Notes under the pieces: generated by a model
Seen by the model: only the letters and a program-made list of their open reading frames with translations
Told to the model about the DNA's origin: nothing
The model's database searches: none
Shown here: positions 55,219-64,000 of the stretch, piece by piece
Layout of the letters: every line of letters begins with the position of its first letter
Numbering within the stretch: position 1 is the first letter of the stretch
Translations under genes and position numbers: made by a program
NCBI RefSeq assembly: GCF_006345805.1
Contig: NC_043010.1
Location: 31,124,001-31,188,000 of the forward strand
Direction: 5' to 3'
Source: Octopus sinensis
Lineage: Eukaryota
DNA length: 64,000 nucleotides

Positions 55219-56136
55219 ATGGCTGGACGATATAGGATTGTTGACTCTGTCCTTTCCGTTGATGCGATAACTCAAAGATCTCACCATATGCGAGACATTT
55301 ATGCCATGCGTTACGCGGATTCAACAATCCAATTCCTGGCATCTGTGGGATTGATCCACAATTCATCGGAATGTTGTAATGAGCAGATGTACCTTGCATC
55401 ACGCAATACAGTATCCGATGGGAAAATGTGGAGGTGTACTGTTTGCAAGCAATATCGTAGCATTAGGCGAGACTCGTTTTTCGCGGGTTCACACCTATCA
55501 TTGACTTGTATCCTCGAGTTGATGTATTACTGGGCGATAATTGACTGTAAACAGAAAGTTGTGATGGGCGAAGTTGAAATAGGACGAGAGGCAATTGTCA
55601 ACTGGTACAATTACTTCCGCGATGTTTGTGCCATGTGGTGTTTTGACCACCCTGTGCAACTTGGAGGAGAAGATGTTGTTGTAGAGATCGATGAATCCAA
55701 GTTCATGCACAGAAAATATCATCGTGGTACTTATCGAGAAGGCCATTGGGTCTTAGGCATTATTGAGCGCAGTAGTCTGAGATGTGTCTTAGTTCCTGTG
55801 CAGGACAGAAGTGCAGCAAATTGTTGCCCATTATACCCGCCATGTATTGCCAGGAACTAAGATTATCACAGATTCATGGCGAGCATATAACAGCCTACCC
55901 AACCATTTAACTGTGAACCACAGTGTTAACTTTGTGGATCCCAACGATGCCTCAATCCACACAAAAACACCGTGGAAGGGATGTGGAGTCATGTAAAATC
56001 CAATTATCGGAAAATGCATGGAACGTCCGATAATCTGTTTTCGACATATCTGCATGAATTTTGTTGGCGACGTTACAACAGCAGTAATACTTTTATGAGC
56101 TTCATAAAATGTATTAGACAGTATTATCCTGTATGA
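55219..56136 (+). pseudogene. Merlin/ISXO2-like DDE transposase, frameshifted
   Basis: Zn-ribbon (CCNEQM..WRCTVC), VVEIDESKF, IITDSWRAY, VNHSVNFVDP, VEGMWSHVK, YLHEFCWR. Frame breaks occur near 55820, 55836 and 55962. Confidence 0.92.
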
Positions 56137-57738
56137 TTTCAAAAAATGTTTTATGAAGTTCATAAAATGTGTTCTGTTGTTTAATTTAGCCTCAAATTCA
56201 TGGGAATCTGTATAATTTTATATTATTATTAATTTCTTCTTTTTGTATCTTAGTAATTTGCATTCCTTTCTTTTCTCCATGCGCCTTTCGGATCTTGTAA
56301 CTTTTATGATTTTCGGAATTCTAAAATACCTTTACAAAATTGTCTTCTATTCACGGAAATAACCCGTGCAAGCAAAATTTGGTCTAATGTTTATTTTTTA
56401 TTTGTCTATTTTTTGTAATGGCTTCTTAATTTGGTATTCATTACATTGAGAGTCTGAACCAAATTTTTTTTTAAATCAAACATGAAAAAATTTGCTACCA
56501 CGCACAGTTGATATTTCCAGTTTCTTCTCTGAAATTTGCTTCCACAATTCATTTTACAGAAATAAGAGAAATGGTTAGAACGAGCTGTAGCTACTTATAC
56601 ATATGTAGTGCTTTGAGGGCAACGTGAGTTAACTTCATCACATGGCTTTGCTAAGTCAATTGGTGTGTTTTCCGTTTGACTTAAAACTTTTCCGCGTCTA
56701 CACAGACACCACACGAAAAACAATAGGTGTCACAGTGATATACCTCTTTTTCTACAGTCGGCCAGAACGAAGAAGTGACAATGCCACCTTCACATTCTGT
56801 ATTGTCAGCATCGAGTATCGGCAGAGAGACGTTATTAGAATACATCAACCACAACGATACAACTGGTTACCCACAACGTGATTCGAACACAACAACCCTG
56901 CCACAATTGCTGACTCCCGAGCCACAGAACTGCAGTCTTCGTTACCTTATCCATTACATTTGGTGAGCTCGACTTCAAAGACTTACTGCTTTAGCATCGC
57001 ATGAACTCTTGAAAACAATTACAGTCCGTGCCAGTCGCATCAACAAGAATTATAGGACACGAACTTTCACGACGCATAGTTTTCAGTTCCATCGTCACAC
57101 GCCCAACACAACACGAAAGGAATGAAGTCACCGACTCAATGGACACACACCAATTACATTCCACATGTACTGCAACCCGATGCACAGATCCACGAGGGAA
57201 ACAGTTGCCATACATAAATGCAACACTTAGGACAGCTACCCAACCAAGAGAACTAACCTTCTCACTTTTCAGCATAGACTTTTCACACAGAACATTACCA
57301 ATCGGATTTTGTCACTTTTCCTTACACATTTTGTACTGTTCGTTCCTTTTGCTGCACAACACAATGTTTACACATGCATATATATGCATGCTTGCACCCA
57401 GTTTCTGTGCACCTCTATAGACTATTAACTTTTTTTTTCCTTTGAATGCAACTCTTTTCTCATGAGAAGAATATCTCCTCATTTTATAACTCTCCCATCT
57501 TTTTCTTACCATTTCACCATCGTCACATCAACAGAGACATTAAGGCTGCACAGTAGCAGTCGACAAGGCATGTATAACGATTAAATAAAAAAATTTTGTC
57601 TATATCTTCGATCACTGTCATTATTCCATTGAGTCAACCTCATTATTTTCTACATAGCAGACTGTTACATAAACAGGCGCCACAAGGTAATCTTTCGTTT
57701 TAATTCGAAATAATGTAAACACTGAATCGGCCATACAT

Positions 57739-57770
<32 letters not shown>

Positions 57771-58589
57771 GTACTTACACACACACACATACATGCAGAC
57801 ATACATATTCACATACACCGAGTAAAAAATTACGATGAATCGGCCATACATACATACATACATACATAAACACACACACATACATAGATACATACACACA
57901 CACACACATACATGCATACATACATATACACATACACCGAGTAAAAAATCAGTTATCTCTCTCTTTCACACATTACTCTCTCTGTCTCTTCGCACACACA
58001 ATAACAGAAGCACTTCACTTACACAACATACTGTCTGTCTCCCACACCCCATCAAACGCACACAGGCCGACTTCAAAGAGAAACCTTATCGTCGTAAAAT
58101 CGCTTCCTCTTAGTCTCTTTCGCTCTCATTACTTATGTAAAAAAATAAAAGTTTTTTACGGAAATCGACGGAAATCTGTGCTACTACAACCGAAACTATG
58201 CCCTTTTTTTAATCCCTGGATAAAGCCCAGCAGTGACCTTCTTAGGCTTTCCAATATTTGAAAATTATAAACGCGGTGGTGGTGGGGAGAATTAAATTCT
58301 CAACATTTTTTAAAAATAGAATCCTTTTCTGTTAGTAAATATATTTTTTCTTACACTCAGGAACTCACTTGGTGCCGGCGGTGAGTGGGAGGAAAGTATC
58401 AGGAGGTCGTGGCATGTGCTAGAAACAACAGCTAAATCTCCCTTAAATTAATCATTGGAAAACTTTTTCTATTATAAAAAGGCCTCTCCAATCGTTTTTA
58501 AATGTATACGTCCAAACAAAATTGGCCAAAATCAGCGGGGTGGTGGGAGTGGAGAGGGAATTCTGTAGTTTGTGATATTTTTGGTTGTG

Positions 58590-58830
58590 TCCCTGCAATC
58601 TTGTTCTATTCTGGTGAGGCTTTGAGTATGTTCTTGATACGCTTTTTCTGTCCACCTTGTGCGTATTTGCCTTCCGCCGGTTCACTCCAAAGCAGTCAGA
58701 CATTGAAACAAGGTGGTCTGCCCATCTGACGTGTGCTGCTCTGCAATGTGTAAACTCTTGACAGATCAGCTTGAGAGACGACCTCCAGACATTAGAGTAT
58801 CTAGGACTGCATTAACCAATGTATACTTCT
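58590..58830 (-). mobile_element. RTE-type LINE remnant
   Basis: AHVRWADHLVSMSD and GGQKKRIKNILKAS in shifted frames. Confidence 0.65.
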
Positions 58831-59089
58831 CTCTTAAAATCACAAAATATGATTTGAGGGGATTTAGTTGCTTTTTTGTGTAGATGGTTATAAATTGCCC
58901 ACCAAGAAAGACTTGCACAAAGATACATCCCCTAAAACACCTGAAAAAGAGGCGTCACCTGAAGAGCTTTAACTCTTCTTTGCTGTACAGTCATTACCTT
59001 CATTATTTTCATCATCATCATTTTAAATCAATATCATTCATTATTCATGAGTAACAGTGCATTTTACCTAAAGTTTTATTAAATTATTA

Positions 59090-59475
59090 CATCATCATCA
59101 TCATCATCATTTAGCGTCCGCTTTCCATGCTAGCATGGGTTGCACGGTTCAACTGGGTTTGGGAAGCCAGAAGGCTGCACCAGGCCCAGTCTGATCTGGC
59201 AATGTTTCTACGGCTGGATGCCCTTCCTAACGCCAACCACTCCATGAATGTAGTGGGTGCTTTTGACGGGGCTGGCAAACGGCCACGGTCGGCTGGTGCT
59301 TTTTATGTGCCACCGGCACGGGGGCCAGCCGAGGCTGGCAACAGCCACAATCGGATGGTGCTTTTTACATGCCACCGGCACGGATGCCCGTCGGGGCGGC
59401 GCTGGCAACAGCCACGTTCAGATGGATCGCTTATGTGCCACCGGCACTGGTATCACAGATACAATTTCCATTGAT
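59090..59475 (-). mobile_element. (GAT)n-tailed SINE-like repeat
   Basis: Same family as 6331-6690. Confidence 0.85.
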
Positions 59476-59569
59476 GTTGATCGATTTCGATTTTGATTCT
59501 GATTCTCAGTTGCCTCAACAGGTCTTCACAAGTAGAGTTTTGTGTCCCAAATATATAATATTTTGTGAA

Positions 59570-59900
59570 GGCGCATGGCTCAGTGGCTAGAGCGTCGAGC
59601 TTACGATCGTGAGGTTGTGAGTTCGAATCCCAGTTCGGGCTGCATGTTGTGTTCTTCAGCAAGACACTTTATTTCATGTTGCTCCAGTTCACTCAGCTGT
59701 AGAAATGAGTTGTGATGTCACAGGTGCCAAGCTGTATTGGCCTTTGCCTTTCCCTTGGATAACACTGGTGGCGTGGAGAGGGCAGGCTGGTATGCATGGG
59801 TGACTGCTGGTCTTCCATAAACAACCTTGCCCGGACTTGTGCCTGGGAGGGTAACTTTCTAGGTGCAATCCTATGGTCAGTCATGACCGAAGGGGGTCTC
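59570..59900 (+). mobile_element. tRNA-derived SINE (third family)
   Basis: A box TGGCTCAGTGG, B box GAGTTCGAATCCC, body AGCAAGACACTTTATTTCA..TCCAGTTCACTCAGCTG. A related head and body lie at 15505-15650. Confidence 0.8.
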
Positions 59901-60259
59901 AGCATATATAATATTTTACATTATATTTTGACATTTATAGGCATTTTTATGGCCCACGTCCAATATTCGCAGTTTTTTTACTATTCACGGGTGCTCTAGG
60001 AACATAACCCCTGTAAATACCGGGGAACTACTGTATATATAAGTTCATTGTGGTTTGCTTGAAGCATTGTAGTACTGAAGAAGAAAATGAAAGAGAAGGG
60101 ATATAAAGAGAACTAACAATGCTGAAAGTTTTACAGAGAACATTTATATTTTGTGCACTAAGACCTGTCTTTTATTAAAATAAAGAAATCAATGTAAAAA
60201 TATACATTTTTTTCTTAAAATTTTATGCATTGTTAGAAGCTTTCTTTCTTTGTTTCCCA

Positions 60260-60640
60260 GGCATAGCTGTGTGGTAAGAAGCTTGCTTCCCAACCACATG
60301 GTTCTGTGTTCAGTCCCACTGTGTGGCACCTTGGGTTGACCAAAGCCTTCTGAGTGGATTTGGTAAACAGAAACTGAAAGAAGCTTGTTGTATATATGTT
60401 TATGTATATATTTATGTATATATTTATGTGTGAGTCTTTGTGTCTGTGTTTGTCTCCCCATTACCGCTTAACAACTGATGTTGGTTTGTTTACATCCCCA
60501 TAACTTAGTTGTTCGGCAAATGAGACTGATAGAATAAGTACCAGGCTTTAAATAAGTCCTGGGGTTGATTTGTTTGACTAAAAGCTGGTGCTCCAGCATG
60601 GCCAGAGTCACCTGACTGAAACAAGTAAGAGAGTAAAAGG
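60260..60640 (+). mobile_element. 28068-type SINE
   Basis: Head, body and tail are present. Confidence 0.8.
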
Positions 60641-60651
60641 ATAAAAGAATA

Positions 60652-60695
<44 letters not shown>

Positions 60696-60829
60696 ACACA
60701 TATAAGAGGAATGACCATTAGGTGGACTCCTAATATGCTAAATGTAAACCCCATATGGTCTGACCACTAAGAAAAATTGTTCTCGAGAAAATATATAGAT
60801 AGAGAGATGAGAGCATTTAAAAAACTTAC

Positions 60830-60895
60830 CTTCCATGTGTGTTGAATAATTGATGTTTAAATAAAATGTCCACAATTTGCCTTCATACGAAATAA
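60830..60895 (-). CDS. Candidate 66-nt phase 1-1 exon of an unidentified gene
   Basis: CACCCACTCTTACAG|TTATTT...GGAAG|GTAAGT; only one frame is open (ISYEGKLWTFYLNINYSTHME). No neighbouring exons were identified. Confidence 0.4.
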
Positions 60896-61182
60896 CTGTA
60901 AGAGTGGGTGAGATGATTAAGGTTTATTTTAAAATTACAATGGTTAATATTGAACTAGTTTCATGTTTAATACACAAATTAGATAAATTAATTTAAATTT
61001 GTTATATATTACAATCTTCAGCAGTATATGCCCATATTTATGAAAACAATATGTATAACTTTAAAATATATTTACCATTATTCATCCACAATAATTTGTA
61101 ATTCAAGGTACTCGAATATTTTCCAAAATAATAAGCGAGAGAGGAAAAGTCATGCTTTTTCATTCACTATTCAACATGTTTC

Positions 61183-61217
<35 letters not shown>

Positions 61218-61485
61218 TAAATAAATTAAATTAGAGATAAAACCACTATTAAGCAAATCAAACAGTGAAAAACATAAACCAAAACATAGAAATAAAAATA
61301 ATTAATATAATATATAAAATTTAAAATTTAAATTATTTAAATTTAAAGTAAAAATTTAAAATTTATATTATAAATTTATATTTATTTTTATTTTTATTTT
61401 TAAAAAAATTAAAAAAATTTTTTTAATTTTTTTTTATAGCTATCAAAAAGTATTAAAAAGTTACAAGACCAGTTAAAAAACTTAG

Positions 61486-61551
61486 CTTCCGTGTATGGTG
61501 AATAATCGATGTTTAAATAAAACATCAACAATTTGTCTTGATATAAAATAA
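61486..61551 (-). pseudogene. Paralogous copy of the 66-nt exon with a mutated donor
   Basis: 55/66 nt identical to 60830-60895 with similar flanks. The acceptor TAAG is kept but the donor reads CTAAGT. Confidence 0.4.
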
Positions 61552-61604
61552 CTTAGAGCGGATGAGATAAATAAAGTTTATTTTTAAATTATTGTAGTTA
61601 ATAA

Positions 61605-61636
<32 letters not shown>

Positions 61637-62963
61637 TATATATAAATATTTATGTCAGGTCACTCTTGAGCACTACTGGTAATGTGTAATCCAGTACAAC
61701 CTGTTGCATGATTGAGTTGTTGGCAACTAAACTGACAACTCCACTGAGCTTGCATAGTAAGGAAGGTGATTGTTGGCCAGCCTACTGGATGAAAACAAAA
61801 AATTCACCAAAGGGCAGAGGAACTCATGAGTAGTCAGTGGTCATCCAACAACATGTTCATATGTACATATTGTTTATATGTTTTTACTTTATTTATATTT
61901 AAAATCTTTATACATTTAAAAAAATATTTTAAAAATAATCACCCTAGAGGAGTAAACTCCAATGATGAAAAATTCTTAAGCCAGGGTCACAGTGAAGCTA
62001 TGACAAGCAGTATGATGGACATATTTGTTTCAGCAGAGGAACTGCTATCTGCCAATGATGAAATACACAAAGACACTGGGCGGAAGAACTTACAAAGTCA
62101 ATGACCAGGGCCACCCTGTTCAGTTAGGCAACTACAGGCATAACCTCTATAGATGGAATGTTCAGCTAATGAAAGATAAGCATGATCTTTTCTCATATTG
62201 GATGCTGAAACTGCATTGCTTGTCATCACACAGTTCAACAAGGGGTGCATCCTGTATAGGCTGTATTGGAATGAGGAGGGCTGCTCCAGATGGCATTCAT
62301 TCTAGCTATGCCACTATACCTCTGCAAGAGAGAGGTAAAGCTTGGGATGCTGGTTTGCTGAAGCACATGCACAATTGATACAATTCAACTAAAGCTAACA
62401 TCAATTCATAGAAAGTAACTCTTCTTTTCCTCAGAGAAAACTATAATTTTCCACTATATTTTGTTCCGGGTTCATAAATATCTTCAGAATAAAAGTGACA
62501 TGCACTTCTGAAACATTGCAACCAGTTATATATATGCCATAATCAGTAATGTACAGCGTGACAATATAAAAAAATGTAAATGAAGGTGGCAAGCTGGCAG
62601 AATCATTAGCACGTCAGGCAAAATGCTTTGCGACATTTTGTTTGTCTTTACATTCTGAGTTCAAATGCTGCCAAAGTCAACTTTATCTTTCATCCTTTTG
62701 GGGGTCAATAAAATAAGTACCAGTTGAGTACTGAGGTCAATGTAATTGATTTATCCCCTCCCCAATGTGCTGGCCTGTGCCAAAATTTGAAATCAGTATT
62801 AAAATGTAAATGTTTTTGGTTTCAGTCCCCTTGCATAGCACCTTGGGAAAGAGTCTTCTACTATGATCCTGAGCCAACAAAGCCTTGTCAGTGGAATTGA
62901 TAGGGGAAAACTGAAAGAAGTCCATTATATGTGTGTGTGTTTATATGTATATATATTTATGAT

Positions 62964-63366
62964 AGGTGCAGGTGTAGCTATGAGGTAAGAAGTTAGCTTC
63001 CCAACCACACGGCTCTAGTTTCAGTTTCACTGCATGGCACCCTGGGCAAGTGTCTTTTATAGCCCCTGGTTGACCAAAGCCTTGTGAGTGGATTTGGCAG
63101 ACAGAAGCTGAAAGAAGCCTGTTGTATGTATATATACATATAATATATATATATGTGTGTGTGTGTGCGTGTTTGTCCCCTATCACTGCTTGACAACTGG
63201 TGTTGGTGTGTTTATATCCTTGTAATTTAGTGGCTCAACAAAAGAGACCAATAGTATAAGTACTAGGCATCAAAAAGATAAGCCCTGGGGTCAACTTGTT
63301 CGATTAAAACCCTTCAAGGTGGTGCTCTAGCATGACCACTGTCAAAATGACTGAAACAAGTAAAAA
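62964..63366 (+). mobile_element. 28068-type SINE (partial copy just upstream at 62820-62930)
   Basis: Head, body and tail are present. Confidence 0.8.
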
Positions 63367-63902
63367 GAATATATATACATAAATTTATATATATATATTG
63401 ATGTAGATATGTGTGCATGTATATGTATACATATATGTGTGTGCACAGTTTGTGTCATCTTGTCTTAACATTACATGATAGTTGTGTAACTGTCATACAA
63501 GCAAGGTCATTCACTTCCAATATTCTGCAAGGACATGCCTGGCCATGCAGAAATATTACCTCCCTTGGAAACAGTTGAGGTTTGGTGACAGGAAAAGCAT
63601 CCGGCTGTAGAAAGTCTACCTCCATAAACTCCGTCTGACTTGTGCAAGCATGGAGAAGACAGTAACGATGACGACATACCTTTGTTTAATTTTTCTGTCG
63701 ATTGGGTGGATAGCAAAGTTGGGTTTGTTTTCATTTTTATTGTCATCTGTTTTTGCCTTCTGTTTTTGCATTGGTCAATATATGCATACTTATACACACC
63801 CATACTTATACTTTTACTTGTGAATTCATACACATATATACATTCACACTTGCACACATGCCCAGGCATGTATGTATACATCTATATATACGTGTTAATC
63901 TA

Positions 63903-63957
<55 letters not shown>

Positions 63958-64000
63958 GGCACACTTCAACACATACACATATATATACATATATAGACAT

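Larger units (their letters stand above)
49471..58202 (+). mobile_element. Merlin (IS1016/IS1595-related) composite DNA transposon
   Basis: GG...CC termini; identical 8-bp flanks CTTTTTTT at 49463-49470 and 58203-58210; about 370-bp inverted arms (49471-49841 vs 57841-58202); internal ISXO2-type transposase. Confidence 0.85.

Noticed and set aside
58452-58703. 83-aa basic ORF
   Set aside because: Off-frame reading of an RTE LINE remnant.
59570-59642. tRNA gene candidates (also 33475-33553 and 195-258)
   Set aside because: A and B boxes are present but I could not form a cloverleaf with paired acceptor and anticodon stems. The first two run straight into repeat bodies, so these are treated as SINE heads.
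60000-60110. Strong minus-strand acceptor at 60075-60076 as the next exon after 60830
   Set aside because: The phase-matched frame gives a short peptide ending in a MITE remnant, so there is no support for linkage.

Overview
AT-rich, microsatellite- and repeat-dense animal genomic DNA; the repeat families and C2H2 finger content are consistent with an octopus (inference). One complete gene is supported: a minus-strand centrin (CETN1/2-type, 169 aa). Its exons are at 48611-48613, 39236-39385, 36115-36196 and 34499-34683, plus a terminal exon present twice (32053-32142 and 31133-31222) in a 920-bp tandem duplication. Also present: a partial or frameshifted C2H2 zinc-finger exon (21698-22168, minus), a pair of paralogous 66-nt exon-like segments (60830-60895, 61486-61551), Tc1/mariner remnants, many SINEs, CR1- and RTE-type LINE pieces and piggyBac-like MITEs. 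The most notable structures are: (i) tRNA-headed short elements carrying minimal type I hammerhead-ribozyme motifs with palindromic 5' junctions (33284-33560, and a twin foldback copy at 43395-43870); (ii) an 8.7-kb Merlin-type composite transposon (49471-58202) with an 8-bp target duplication, long inverted arms, a frameshifted IS1595/ISXO2 transposase and a nested CR1-type LINE; (iii) a 3' tail shared between that LINE and the commonest SINE in the window. Several frameshifts look like single-base indels and may be assembly errors. No searches or folding programs were run.
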